Assembly: GCF_009834535.1 (NCBI RefSeq)
Contig: NC_045696.1
Coordinates: 76,944,001-77,008,000 of the forward strand
DNA: 64,000 nt
Source: Camelus ferus
Taxonomy: Eukaryota
Direction: 5' to 3'
This document shows positions 25,066-38,705 of the stretch, one piece after another. A model generated the notes under the pieces. The model had not been told where the DNA came from and did not search any database. It saw only the letters and a program-made list of their open reading frames with translations. The number at the start of each line of letters is the position of its first letter. Position 1 is the first letter of the stretch. A program made the position numbers and the translations under genes.

Positions 25066-27051
25066 TGTAGTCTAGGGACTGGACTTTTGACTGTCCTGTC
25101 TCTCTAGCAAACATTTTTCTGTGGAATACTTGTCAAAACTCTAGTTGAAAGAGAGAACCTTGAACAGAAGCAGCGTTAAGTCTCTGTTTCTTAGGCTGGG
25201 GCATGCTGGTCTCTCTGGTTATGTTTCTTCTCTCTCTGTGGTCCTGTGTTCCTTAGTCTGAAGTGTATTATGTTGCTCCAGAGGCTATATTATGACATAG
25301 AATGAATATAACGTGCCTCCAGCATGAATCATTTTACTTTAATGCAGTGGGACGTAACATTATTACTACTGCATGTTTGTGGCATGAGATTATTTCCAGC
25401 AGAAATAATTGAAAAACACTTGTAATTTACAAAGTTTTCCTCTTATTCTCTGTGTAAATATAAGCTCAAAGACCAAAACGTAGCATAGCTTGCCTATATG
25501 CCTCTGGTTCTTTTTAGAATTTGTATTACTTAATTCCATTTAAGTATTAGATGCTCAGCTTTAATGGTAGTCTGATATACTAGGAAAAGTTTCTGTGGTA
25601 TTAGAAAAAAAAAACCCAAAACTGTTGTTGAGGTCTTCATTCATTACCTTGTTCAAAACCCCTTGTAAGAAACTTTTTTATGACAAATTCCACTAAGAGC
25701 TTGGAATTTTCCCAATGAGGTCAATGATGGCGTTGTGCTGTCATTTGACCTAGATTACTAGGAACTTAGAGTTAAGGTTTGAAATCATTCTCGTATTTCA
25801 CTCGGTCAAGACTTCATTTTGGTTTTTTCTTTAGTTCTTCTGCTACAGTTCTTTTTAAATATTTTATTATGAGTTGATAGTCTTGGACTTTTAAAATATG
25901 CTTTTATTCCCAATTGCCCCAAATTCTGTATGGAAATAAAAAGGCTACAAAAGGGTGGGCAAGAACTACACGTAGAAACATTGTGAGGTGTACACTCTTT
26001 TTCCCCAGTGCATGTAAGTAGAATTTTCTTCAATAGGGTAAACAATATAATAAAATTTCAGTGTGTGCCTGACAAGTTCTTTTTGCTGTTCTTAATTTTT
26101 GTTGCACAGATACTATGGTTGTGAAATAACTTTCCACGAATTAGACTTTAAAATAAAATGTTTTTTTCTGAGTCTATTAAGATTTTGATTGATGATTATT
26201 TATGATCATGTAGATGATACTCAATGTTTGGACAGAATAAACATTAACTAGACACAGTGATCCTAGAAAATATTGTAAAATTATGATATTGAGATGGAGT
26301 ATTTTGTATTTTTTATTGACTGTGAAGACTGTGTCTCATTCTATTCAATGTTCTCTGCCTTAAGAAAAAAAGTATCTACCACTCAAGGGGGTATACTTAG
26401 CTTTCTTCATGTTTTCTTTAATTAAAATGTGCATTTCCCCACTCAAGTTATGGAAAATAGGACAGTTTTTACAGTAGTATGCAGATCTGTTTCTACAACT
26501 GTGTGAAATAAAAGGAAAATTGTTTTGTATTTAAACCAACTTACATTCTAAAGTCCTCATGATTTAGTTATTATTTTCACTTTATTTATTTGTATGTATA
26601 TTTATTCAATTTATAATTAAATCCTACTGATTTTCCAAAACTCTTAAAGGTAATGATTTCCCACCTGTTGCTCTAATTATATAAGTGTACCCTGTTGAGA
26701 AGAAAGTTATAAATGTGCAAAGCAAAATAATTTCAAAAAGTGCAACAGAAACATAAAAGCATTATGACATTGAAGGATGCTTAAAATAAGTTGGTATTTG
26801 TCTGTGTCATCAATGCTTCATGAAACTCTGACTCATTTCATTAGTAGAAATATCTATCCAGAAAGTCAATAAAGAGTGCTGAGAGCATTTGTGAAATGCC
26901 ACTGACTTTTGCAATTGCTAGAAATCCATCTCCCTAAACATGAATTGTGCTATGTATGTGTGTCTTCCAATAAACATCTCTCCATCAAATAATTTCAATG
27001 ACAGTAAATAGAATGGAACATGGAAATCTCTGTGTCTGTTCTTCCTTTCAG

Positions 27052-27167
27052 AACAAAAACTCTGACCTTGCCACATCTACAGAAAGTTAATATCCCTGGA
27101 AAAATTCAATACAGCTCTTTTGGCTAGAACTGTAGCCTTGGTTTACATTTTGGAAACTATTGCAGAG
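27052..27167 (+). other. candidate non-coding exon (116 bp)
   Basis: Long pyrimidine tract tctctgtgtctgttcttcctttcag| and donor GAG|gtaatt. Stops in all three frames; unique sequence. Confidence 0.35.
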
Positions 27168-27769
27168 GTAATTTGACATCTTTATTAAAAAAAAAACACA
27201 TTATATTAATAATTGCAGGAACCATGTGAATGAAGTACTCTTTTTCAGTCAAATTCTTGTGCTTTTATGGAATGACTATTCTGTCTTTAATGACTTGGAA
27301 CCATTTTCCTCTTCCTGGAGAGGACATTATGCTTCTGATAGACTGTGGTTCCCCCTCCCCACCTCAGTTGCTTCTTCTCTTAAGCACCAAAAATGTCCTG
27401 AAAGGAGAAAATAGAGCACATTGAAGCCATTTTCTCAGAATATATTGTCTAGAGTGTTTTTGTCATATTTTTGTTATTATCTTTACTTAGGGCAATATTC
27501 TTTTATGTTTATTCCTTTCAGTACATTTGGAAATCGGGGGTATTCTTTTCTTTGTTTTACAGAAAGAGGATGTGAAATTATAGAAATAATATTTAGATTT
27601 GTCTCCTATTACCTCAAAGAACACATGGGCAAAAGCTTCAGAGGATCATTGGTTCATTGTAAGAAAAGATTTTAGACTTGACTCTTGGCATTTCTAGCTT
27701 TGAAAGTATGTTGTAAAGGGAACTCAAGTATCAGATTGGTGATATTGGACATTCTACTTGTATGCCTAG

Positions 27770-28085
27770 AAGACCCCTTCAGAAATGTATGCTATAACTA
27801 GCTTGCATTTTTCCTTCACAGATCAGCTTGAGTTTCGCCCTCACTGGGAAGCTATTCTCTTAGAATGACTTCTCAACCACACACAGTAGTTGCTCTGTGC
27901 GCCAGTAGTCCTGTGTGCTTATCCCTATCACAACGTATGTTGCTCTCCATTGTTATTGCTAAATTACTTGCTCTTATTTGCCTCATGTTAAATGGCTTGA
28001 GAGTAGGGACCATCCCTTACTTGATTTTATATCTCTAGCATCCAGCACAGTTCCTGACATTAGTAAAGTTAAATGAATGAATAAA
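27770..28085 (+). mobile_element. L2 3' end
   Basis: cttgagagtagggaccatccc...tatatctctagcatccagcacagttcctgacat...aatgaatgaataaa. Confidence 0.65.
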
Positions 28086-28469
28086 AGTTTTTGAACTCTT
28101 TCATATATGTGATTTGGAAAGATAGTTGAAAGGAAATCTATTTGTAGTATTTTAGTTTCTTCAGCTTCATTTTTATACCTTCTACAAATGCATACAGAGT
28201 ATCATACACACAGGGAATCATGTTCCATGGTGTAATAGGTGTACCTTTATTCTAAAAGACAATTTATTTGATAATCCCTTATTGATATCAGTGTATCTCT
28301 TAGGTGCATGGGAAAGATATTTCACACGTTTATTGTTATTGTTAAAATATTATTGAGTGTCTGTTTCTACATCCATTTTATTTCTTGTAGTACCAAACAT
28401 TTGAGTGGTAATAATATTTATTTTTTTCACTTCACTGTTTCCATGGAGGTTTTAGATAAGAGCCTAACA

Positions 28470-29165
28470 ATCGATTGAGCTAAAATGAAAAAGATAGAAA
28501 ATGCCCAGTGTCATTGAGGATGGGGAACTATTGGAACGCTCAGGCACTATTGATAGGAGAGTAAATTGGTATAAAACATTTGGGGAATCTATTTGCTAGT
28601 ATCTCTAAAGCTCTGTATAGTCATGTCCTATGATCCAGCAATGCCACTGTTAGGTATATGAAACTTTGAAATGAATACACATATTCATCAAAATATATAC
28701 ATATGGATGTTTATAGCCGCCCTATCCATACTAGCGCTAAATTAGAAATAAGCCAAATATCCTCAACAGTAGAGTGGGTGGTTGTTGTATATAAATACGG
28801 TGAAATGCCTATATAGCAATTAAAATGAATGAAATGCAGCTACGGGCAACAACATGGATGATTCTCACACACATAATAATAATAATGTTGAATGAAAGAA
28901 TCCAGAACTGAATGAGTACATATTATATGATTCCATTTACATAAATTTCAAACACTGGAAAATGAATCTATGGTGGTAGAAGCCACTATAATAAGAAGGG
29001 GGGCACGAGAGGGGCTTTTGGAGGTTGTCAGCATTCTGTTTCATAAGTTGGGTGGTGGTTATCCATGCGTGTTCAGTTTGTTAAAGGGTTTTGAATTACA
29101 CAACTATAATCTGCATTTTTCTGTGTGTTATTGTACCTCATTAAAAGCTTAAAAATGAAATAAAA
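28470..29165 (+). mobile_element. ancient L1 (L1ME-like) ORF2 end/3'UTR
   Basis: gtaaattggtataaaacatttgg...cctatgatccagcaatgccactgttaggtata...caacatggatgattctcac...atgattccatttacataaa. Confidence 0.8.
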
Positions 29166-29377
29166 TCAGAATAAAACATCATAATCCTGATCTAGCAATC
29201 AGTAGATACTACAAATAGATATTTTCTGTCTTGAATAAACACTACAGGGTGCCACCATTCTTTTATTAAGCAGGAAGAATTCAGCTATGTTAATGAAGCC
29301 AAGGCTTCCTGCATCTTTAGGCTTTTGGTGTTGGTATCCTATTGACTGACATGCAAACTATGGACATGCAAAACCCC

Positions 29378-29542
29378 TTGGGTAGTAGTGGGACAACAGG
29401 CCCCAAATAGAGTCATTTATGCTAAGACCCTTGTCACCAAACTGGGACTTAATTACAGCTTCAGCTCTCCTAGAAAGAAGTTTTAAGTCAATCAATTAGG
29501 AATCACCTGACCAGCACTAGTTAGGTAATCTGACTGAATAAA
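29378..29542 (+). mobile_element. probable ERV1-type LTR fragment
   Basis: gggacaacaggccccaaatagagtcatttatgctaagacccttgtcaccaaactgggacttaattacag resembles 5' parts of laurasiatherian ERV LTRs (recalled, unverified). Confidence 0.4.
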
Positions 29543-31479
29543 GCGGATAAGATTGTTAAAATTTATTCAGTTGAAGTTTGTTTTTTAGCAGTAGTGATGA
29601 AGTTCCCCCTCCCACAGCCTAGAACAATTAAAAAAAAAAGAGTAGATATATATCCTGTCTGACTGTAAAATAATTTCTGATCTTTTTGACTCAAAGTCTT
29701 CAAGCTGCAACACAAATGATACACTATTCGGGCCATGCTAATAAAATGCCTTAATTAGTGATGACACTTTAACATGAAAAACCATTGAACTTGGTGTACC
29801 TTGTAAATTGATTTTTTGAAGATGTGCATATTTTTAGAGTTATTTTTTAAAAATAAGAAATTATTCCTAGTTCAACAAAGAAATCTATATTGCTTTTCCC
29901 TAAATTCAAATTTTTGTGTTCATATTTTATGGAAAGGTAGCAACTAAGCTGGAAAAGACTGACCACCTATAGAGAAATTTATAACATTTATACTTGTTAG
30001 CTACACAAAGAGAAAAAGGTAGTAAATCTGTTACTCCTTTTTTGTCAGGGTCCAAGGAAATAAATGCTTTTAATTAGCCTATTTGTCAGGCAGATGTGAA
30101 ATGAGGCAGAAAACAGTAATATAGAACAACTACAAGCAATCTACAATATGAAGTTCTGACAGGAACTTAGATGGCTTCTAATGATGCAAAGATTTGAAAA
30201 GCGACTTCTGACAAAGAAAACAAGAAAAAAAGTTAGGGAAAATCATGAAAGTGATAATATGAAAAATGATAATACAATCTTTGCAATTGAGCCTGGCCTT
30301 TGAGAGGTGCCATATTGCATAGTTTAATTTTGAAAGGTCTTTTAAGTAGAGTTAATTGCCTCTTTTAAATTGGATAGTCAACAAGGTTTGTTCAAATGTT
30401 TGGTGCACTTTGAGCCTCAGAAGTAAAACGAAGAATTTAATCCTTCTTAGAACTGGCCTGATTGGCAAGAGTCACAAATGCTTCCAAGTATTACATCACC
30501 AGATAGAATAAAAATCTAACACCCTGACCAGATAAATATTGTCAAGGGATGTAAGTCGGAAATATCTAGCATTATAGTAATTTGTAAAGACAGAAGGAGA
30601 AACAAAAATTGCAATTATGGAGTCTACCCGAAGTATTATATCAGATATGCATGGCATTAGGTAGTATTACTTAAAGAAATTCTCTGTTCAATTTAAGTTA
30701 AATTGCTGGAGCTATTATGTTGATGGCTATTGCCTCAACTACATGACCCTTGACTGAAAGCTACATGCTCAGTCCTGTCATTGGTTAGCAACACAGCAGT
30801 TTATGTATTTGCCTATATCAGAGACAATTAGGGTGCCTTATGTACATAAAATACATTAAATGTATTCATTAACATCCTGAGTGATGGCAATATGGAAATT
30901 TCCAAAATCAATTTTAGGAAAATGTGGGCTGAATAGAGACCACTTTCTATTATCTGTGATAATGAGGATTTGGTATAATATAAAAATAAAAGTCATGATT
31001 TCAGCCTCTCTAACCAATACATTTTTACTACAGGCACTAACAAGTGACAGATGTGGTTGACTTGTCTCCTTCCTCTTTTTAGTCTCTAATGAGCAATTAA
31101 AGAGCCTGAGGCAGAACAATCAAAAGGTCTGGAAAATTCACACATCAGATAGTCAGTTTTTTAAAAATGGAGAGTTAATGGCATTTAGCTCTGTGGTTAG
31201 TCAAGAATTCCCTGAGCATCTTTCTGAGAATGGCTTTGAAAAAAGGAATACCCCAAAATAGCATAATTTCTGGCCTATATTTTACTATCATCTTTTCAAA
31301 CACTATCTTCAATCAAGGTGTGAGAAAGGCATGCAGTCATCTAAGCTGTGCTGTGCTATTTGGGAGGACCTGGTGAAATTCTGATATTCAAAGGTAGCTT
31401 TCCTTCTCAAATATTACAGTTCTAATCGTCCACCACTATTAATGGATTCTTTCTTTGGGTCATAATCTTCTTTAGAATT

Positions 31480-31560
31480 TCCTTCCTTCCTCTCATCTCT
31501 CTGTCTTCTCTCCCTCCCTTCCTCCTTTCCTTCTTTCCATCTTTCCTTCACTCTCCTTTA
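31480..31560. repeat. polypyrimidine (CT-rich) low-complexity tract
   Basis: ccttccttcctctcatctctctgtcttctctccctcccttcctcctttcc... seen directly. Confidence 0.8.
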
Positions 31561-32620
31561 CACATATTCATTGAGTGCTTGGTGTATGTCATATGCTGCT
31601 TGGTATGGACACATGTAGGTAAATAAATATAAACGTTTTGATCTAACATTGAGTGCTACCTTCAGACACAGTCAGAAATATAAATGTATAGTTACAAAGT
31701 AGTATGGCTAGCTCAGAGATAGAGAGATACCTGAGGTATTCAGGGGAGCATACAGGAAGGGTAGTTTAGGAGTGGTGCTGGGAGATCATTCCAGGCAAAG
31801 AAGATAGCAGAAGGAAGAACAGAAGCTTGAGAAACAGCAGAGCCTATTTCATGCTAATGAAATTAGTATTTTTCTTGTAGATTTCAGGGACTCACTGAAA
31901 GTTTTTAAGCAGGATAAGAATACAGTCACCTTTGCGTTGCAGAGTAGCATACTGGTAGTATTGTGGAGACTACAACCAAAACAAGAGTGGGAGCTGGACT
32001 GAAATTAAGACACTGGTACAGTAGTGCAGGTGCTGACCTACACTGTTGTAGGGCTGTGGGAGTAGAGGATGGGATGGCTATGATGCATATTTTGGAAGTC
32101 ACATGACAGATACTTGGTGATAGATGGAGCACGAGAATGAGAAAGGAGCGAAGGATCATACGTTGGTGTGCGGACTCTGATGTCACCAACTGAGTTAAAA
32201 TAAGAGTAGTTTCAGAATAGGAACTGAAGTGTGCACATACTGCTTGCAAGTTGCTTTTAGATCAAGCAATGAAGTAGTTTAGCAGAGAAGTAGCTTTATG
32301 AGTCTCTGTACTTTTAGGGAGATTTTTGTGCAGAAAAATATACATGTGGGAATAGGGAGAGTTTACATTTCGGTTGAAACTATGTGAGTGGGTGAAATTT
32401 CCCAGAGACTGAAAGATTGTGGTAACAAGAGACATGAGTCCAGGAACCTCCTAAACAGTGTTTTCAGGGCAGACAGAAGAAGAGCTACACAGGGAAAACA
32501 GAAGTAGGCACAGAGGAGGCAGAAAACGTATGCTTAGGCACTAGTTACTTTTAAAAATGAAAAGAATTAGGCAACAAGAGATTGGGGAACTTCAGAGATA
32601 GCGCTTAGTGTGGTCAAGTA
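31560..32620 (-). mobile_element. L2 remnant
   Basis: acatattcattgagtgcttggtgtatgtcatatgctg..., cattccaggcaaagaagatagcag, tcactgaaagtttttaagcagga, tgagtgggtgaaattt. Confidence 0.7.
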
Positions 32621-33184
32621 TTGCAGAATGTCCTGTTGGTCATTTTAAAGGGAATATTTGGTTGAGACCAAGGATCCTGAGCAAGTTGGATTTTACTCTT
32701 TTAGAACAACCATAAGAAGTTCTGGAAGGACAGGTATGAAAGGCAAGACCATGCCATACTAAACCCAAACAAAACATTTTATTTCTAGGTGGCATATTGG
32801 GCTCAAACTGCAGTGTGGGATTCTAATTTGTCCACACTTAGAAGAGCCTTCAAAACTCATTTCCTCAGAATAGGCAGGTTCAAGGCAGGTTTTTTAAAGT
32901 TTTTATCACCCAGTTTTATCCTTCTGTGTTTTATCATTCAGATAATGAAGAAATGTGCATTAAAGGGGAAACTTTGAGTTCATCCAAAGGCCTGGGCTTT
33001 CTATGTCTCACTCCAAGTCTTCAAGATGAAGATTTTGTAAACTAGAGACCATTTCAGATAATTTTCAAAAATTTTTTGAAAGAGAGAGAATCCAAGCCAA
33101 ATTTCATGTCTGAGAAAAAGAGGGCAGAATTCACCATGATTTGTCATGATGTAGACTCTGTGCTTCAAGTAAAGGCACTCAGTC

Positions 33185-33318
33185 TAGAATGGTTGAATCT
33201 GTGGGTGTGAAACCCACAGATACAGAATGTGACTATGGGTCTTGAGCATTCCCAGAATTTTGTATACATGAGGGTGGTTCCTGGAACCAATCCCCTGTGG
33301 AAACTGAGGGACCACCAT
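33185..33318. mobile_element. TcMar-Tigger fossil (MER2/Tigger3-like end)
   Basis: ggttgaatctgtgggtgtgaaacccacagatac...cttgagcattcccagaattttgtatac...tcctggaaccaatcccctgtggaaactgagggac. Confidence 0.7.
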
Positions 33319-34309
33319 AAGTAGCTTTTTTATACCAATTTCTTTTACTTAGCAATATGAACTGAAGATTCACCCATGTCTTTTTATGAATTAATGGCTT
33401 GTTTCTTTTTATTGTTGAATAATATTCCATTTTTATGGATTTACCACAATTTATCCATTCACCTAATAAAAGACATCTTAGTTGCTTCTAGTTTTTGATG
33501 ATTGTAAGTAAAGCTGCTGTTATCATTCACACGTGGGCTTTTGTGTGGACATAAGATTTCAGATAAGGGATAAGTACTGAGGAGTGCAATTACTGGATTA
33601 TAAGGTAAGACTATATTTAGTTTTGTAAGAAATTATCAAACTTCCAAAGCAGTTGCAAAATTCTGCATTTCTACTAGCAATGAGTAAAAGTTATTAGTAC
33701 TCCAGATTCTCACCAGCAATTGGTATTATTGGTTGTTTAGACTTTAGTCATTCTAATGGAGGCATGGTAATATATCATTTTTGTTTTAATTTACCATACC
33801 CTAATGAAAAATTATTTTTGTTATATTTATTTGCTGTCTGTGTATCTTCTTTGGTGAGGTTTTCATTCAGATAATATATCCATTTTATAGTTGGATTGTT
33901 TTTCTTATCATTAAGAGTTCTTTGTATATTTTGAATATATCAGATATGAGTTTTGCAAATAATTCCTCCTAGTCAGTAGCTTCGCTTTTCATTCTAGTGA
34001 CATTCCTTTTCACAGAGAAGTTTTAATTTTAATAAACTCCAGCTTATTTTTTTCATGGATCATGCTAATGGTGTTTAATTTCTTGTCACCAAACCCAAGG
34101 TCATACAGATTTTTCTCTTTTCTTCAAGAAATTTTATAGCTTTGAATTTTACATTTCAGTGTATGATCCATTTGAGTTAATTTTTGAGGAAGGCATAAGG
34201 TCTGTGTCTGGATTCATTTTCTGACATGTGAAAGTTCAGTTGTTCCAGCACCATCTTTTGAAAAAGACTGTCTTTTCTCCATTGAATTGTCTTTACTCAT
34301 TTGTAAAAA

Positions 34310-34422
<113 letters not shown>

Positions 34423-34927
34423 CACTATATTTGTATGGGTCTATTTCAGGGATTTCTGTTCTGCTCCCTTGAACTGTGTGTCCATTTCTTTGCCACGATC
34501 ATGCTATCTTGATTACTGTAGCCTTATTGTATAAGCCTTGAAATTTGATAGTGGAAAGTCCTCTGGGTTTGTTCTTCCCCTTCAGTATTGTGTTGGCTAT
34601 TCTAGATCCTTTGCTTTTTCATATAAATCTTAAAATCAGCTTGTTGATTTCTGCAAAATAGCTTGCTGGGATTTTGATTGGGGTTGCATTGAATCTACAG
34701 ACTAAGGTGGGCTGGAGTGACACCGTTAGATATTGAATCTTCTAATCCATGAACATGAAATATCTTTCCATTTATTTAGATCTTCTTGGATTTCTTTCAT
34801 TAAAGTTTTGTAGTTTTGCACATATAGTTCTTATAATATTTTGCTAGACTTATACCTAACTTAAATTTTTTGCTATTGTAAGTGTTATTGTTATTTTAAT
34901 TTCAAATCCTAATTATTCATTGCTGGT

Positions 34928-35096
34928 TGTGGTAGGCAGAATAATGACTCCTCAGAGATATACAAGTCATGATATTTTTACCTATGAATATTTAACCTTA
35001 TATTGAAAAATGGACTTTGAAGATATAATTAAGTTAAGGACCTTGAGAGGGGGAAATTATTTTAGATTATCTGATGGGCTCAATGCAGTCATTAAG
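34928..35096 (+). mobile_element. MLT1 LTR 5' fragment inside L1
   Basis: tgtggtaggcagaataatgactcctc...ggactttgaagatataattaagttaaggaccttgaga; homologous to the start of 36335-36870. Confidence 0.8.
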
Positions 35097-35898
35097 ATCT
35101 TTTCATTTATGTGTTATTTGGAAGTATGTTGTTTAATCTCCATGTATTTTGGGATTTTCCAGTATCTGCTTGTTATTCATTGCTATTGTTTATATTATAT
35201 TGTTTAATTCCATTGTAGTCTGAGAATAGACATTGTGTGATTTATTTATTTTTTTTATTTGTTAAGGTGTATTTTATGGCCAAGAATGTGGTTTAACTTG
35301 GTGAATGTTTCATGTGAGCTTGAGAAGAACGTATATTCTGCTGTTGTTGAATGAAATGGTCTAGAGATGTGCATTATAACTAGTTGATTGATGATGTTGT
35401 CGAGGTCACCTCTGTCATTACTGATTTTTTGCCTGATGGATCTCTTTCTGATAGAGAGGTGTTGACATCTCCAACTATGATAATGGGTTCATCTATATCT
35501 CCTTGCAGTTCTATCAGTTTTTGCCTCGTAGTTTGATGCTCTGTGGTTAGGCACATACATGGTAAGAATTTTTATGTCTTCTTATAAAATTAACCTTTTT
35601 ATCATTACGTAATGGTCTTCTATATCCCTGATAGCTTTACTTGATTTGAAGTTTGCTTTGTCTGAAATGAATACATCCACTTCTACTTTCTTTTAGTTAG
35701 TGACATCATGGTATATTTTCTCCATCCATTTATTTTTAATCTACATGTGTTTATATTAAAGTGAGTTTCTCATGGACAGCATGTAGTTGAGTCTTGTTTT
35801 TTGATCCATTCTGACAGTCTCTGTCTTTTAATTGGTACAAATAGAAAACTCATACTGAAAGTTTGAACTAAAGTATATTGGGAAAAAGACCAGAACTT

Positions 35899-36936
35899 CA
35901 GGGTCCTTGTACCAAGAATTCAGGGATTAAGATCCAATGGTTCGGTGAATTTGAGAGGGAAGGTGTACATATTTAACTTTTACTGATTTCAAACTAAAAT
36001 TTAGCATTTTTTTTTTCCATTATAGACATAAGCAACAAACCACCATAGAACTGGCAGTACCTGTCGTCCTGTTACCAATACAACTCATACATATTTTCAT
36101 ATCACATTTAGTTTTTGCCAGTAATCACAATATAATTTATGCTCAACACTTTGAAGAATACATTAATTAATAGACTCCAAATTTGATCCTATTATTTATT
36201 GCTTCAATGACAAAGCACATTTGTTACCATATCACAAATTTGTTTAAAATTTTTTTATGAACTATATTTAGATACAATTATTTTCCTTTTAAATTCTATT
36301 TTTATTTTATAAAACAAAAATTATTCTGAGGTGGCATGGTAGGCAGAATAATGGCCCCTAAAGATGTCCACACTCTAATTCCTTATATTTGTAAATTTGT
36401 AACTTTACACAGCAAAAGGGACTTTGCAGATATGATTAAGATTAAGAACCCTAAAATTGGGAGATTATTTCAGATTTTCCAGATGGGCCCAGTGTAATCA
36501 CAAAAGCCCTTAAAAGTAAAAGAGAAAGAAAGACTATTGGGTTAGAGAGATGTGACATGAGAAGGACTGGACCTACTGTTGGTGGAGGAAGGCAACATGA
36601 ATGACAGGATGTAGTGGGAAAGACCCTCAGCTGCAAGGAGCAAAGAAAGGCGATCTTGATCCTAAAACTGCAAGGAACTGAAATCTTCCCACAACCCAAA
36701 TGAGGAGGAAATAGATTATCTCCTAGAATCTCCAAAATTTGATTTTAGTCTAGTGAGACCCATACTAGACTTCTGTCCCCTACAAAAGTGTAGATCAGAA
36801 TAAAATATATGTTGTTTTAAGTCATTAAGTTTGTGGTAACTTGTTACAGCAGCATTAGGTAACTAATACAGAAGGGATCTCCAGGCTTCATCAACATTCC
36901 AATAGTGATCATGACACGAAAAGTTTAAGGACCCTG
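35899..36936. mobile_element. hAT-Charlie fossil (Charlie4-like), split by an MLT1 LTR
   Basis: Inverted termini cagggtcctt (35899) / aaggaccctg (36936). Internal aaatttagcattt...gcaacaaacc...gcagtacctgt...tattttcatatcacatt...ttattctgag. Confidence 0.7.
36335..36870 (+). mobile_element. ERVL-MaLR solo LTR (MLT1D/E-like), full length
   Basis: Starts tggtaggcagaataatggcccctaaagatgtccac and ends gtggtaacttgttacagcagcattaggtaactaataca, with aataaa near the 3' end. Confidence 0.85.
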
Positions 36937-38029
36937 CTGTAGTTTAACTCAGTATCACCATTCCAAAATCTTGAAAGGTGAATATCATGGAATAAAATAA
37001 TTGATAGTCACTAAGACATCCCAGATTTTGGCACTGAAAATGATGATTCCATCTATGCTAATAAAGGAAGACAATTTTACTAACTTTCTTCCTTACCCCT
37101 TCCAACCTGGTTCCTTTATTTTCTAACTCCAGGTCTGTGGCTGATTATGACAATTCAGTTTTTTCCTGGATATTATACTGCATATATAAACTCAGACATC
37201 CAACTTAAGAATAGCTTTTAAGAAATTGATTGCTACAAGCAATCAATTGAATATAAACTTATATCACTGAAGAATGCACATGAATGGGAAGATTTTGCCA
37301 GCAAAATCTAATGAGGAAAATGATGTACTGGAAGTGCAGAAGAGTAATGGCTTGTTCTGAGTGTGCTTCTCAGGTTGGAGTAAATTACATTTTGTTGTAA
37401 TTTAAATATCCCTTGGTAAGAGTAACTATAAAAATGTATACTGGTGCTAAAGCAGCATCACTGTGTATTCTTTATGAGAAAGCATTTTTTAAAGCAATCA
37501 TCAGAGGACCATGAAACTCTTTAAACATCCATTAAAATTAGGGAGTGGTAGAAATCTAAATTATAAGGCTGTGGGAATACGGCAATATTCCTAGCAGATA
37601 ACAGAACGTTCATAGACAATTCTTGAAAAACAGGTTGTAGACTTTTAAAAATATACTTTTTAATTAGTTTTACTTTAGCCCCTTTCTTACTTATAGTTTG
37701 CCAAACTATACTGTATCTTCTATTCATAGCTCTTTGTTCCCGGGGTTGTTCAACTCAGCTCCTAAAAGAAAACAGTATTGCCCTTTTAAGTATTTGCTCT
37801 TAGAATAGGAAAGTTTAGGTGAGACAAGCTGGCATGCCATTAAAAGTGACAGCTTGTCATTTTTCAGTGAGTTCTCATCTCAATGTAAAGTTCCACTCAT
37901 TCTGTGTGATCCACATAAAGACCTACCTCCTTAAGATATTTAACTTAACTGCTTCATCCCTTCATAGTTCTTTTCCTTCTCTGAAAATCTCACAGTGTTT
38001 TCCATATATAAATGTTAACTTGTGTCTGA

Positions 38030-38210
38030 AGCATTCATTCATTCATTCATTCTGCCATCCAGTCATTCAACACTATTTGAATATCTGCTGTGTACCAGTC
38101 TCCGTTCTAAGCTCTGCAGATTCAATGGTGAATGGGACTCTGACCACATCCTCAGTCCAGCAGGGAGACTTAGGTGAAAATAGATAATTATAGTGCACTG
38201 TGGTAGCATG
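38030..38210 (-). mobile_element. L2 3' end
   Basis: (cattcatt)n followed by caacactatttgaatatctgctgtgtaccagtctccgttctaagctctgcagattcaatggtgaa. Confidence 0.7.
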
Positions 38211-38479
38211 GAATAGAACCTAGAAGATTCTATCACATATAATTATATAATTATGAAGATGTGTCTAAGTTTTAGCTATTATTTGGGACCCTCAAGTGCT
38301 TTGTGCTTTGTCTCCTTGTATTTATTATACGGATTTGCACAAAATCCCTTTTCTTAAGTCTTCTTGGCAAAAAATTCCTTCTCTTACTTTGCTCTTATTT
38401 TTTCTCTGTTCTTCTGGCTCCTTACTGTATGCAGTGAGAAGACATTTCTTATAAGTCAGCCCAGTACTATTATTTTGAG

Positions 38480-38705
38480 TCAGCAGAAGGTGGAGGTTAA
38501 AAATACAGACTCGAGTCAGATTATGTGGGTTTCAATCCTGACTTTGCCATGGAATAGCTCTTGAACATTAAGTAAGTTATGTAAGCTCTCTGTGCCCACA
38601 GTTCCTCCTCTGCACATAAGGAGTGCTGAGACACACCATAAGCATTGTTGGTGTGAAATAATCTAAGATGCTTGACTGTTGGGGAGACCCATACTCAATA
38701 TTTGC
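38480..38705 (+). mobile_element. MIR remnant
   Basis: gtgggtttcaatcctgactttgcca...aagtaagttatgtaagctctctgtgcccacagttcctcctctgca. Confidence 0.7.
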
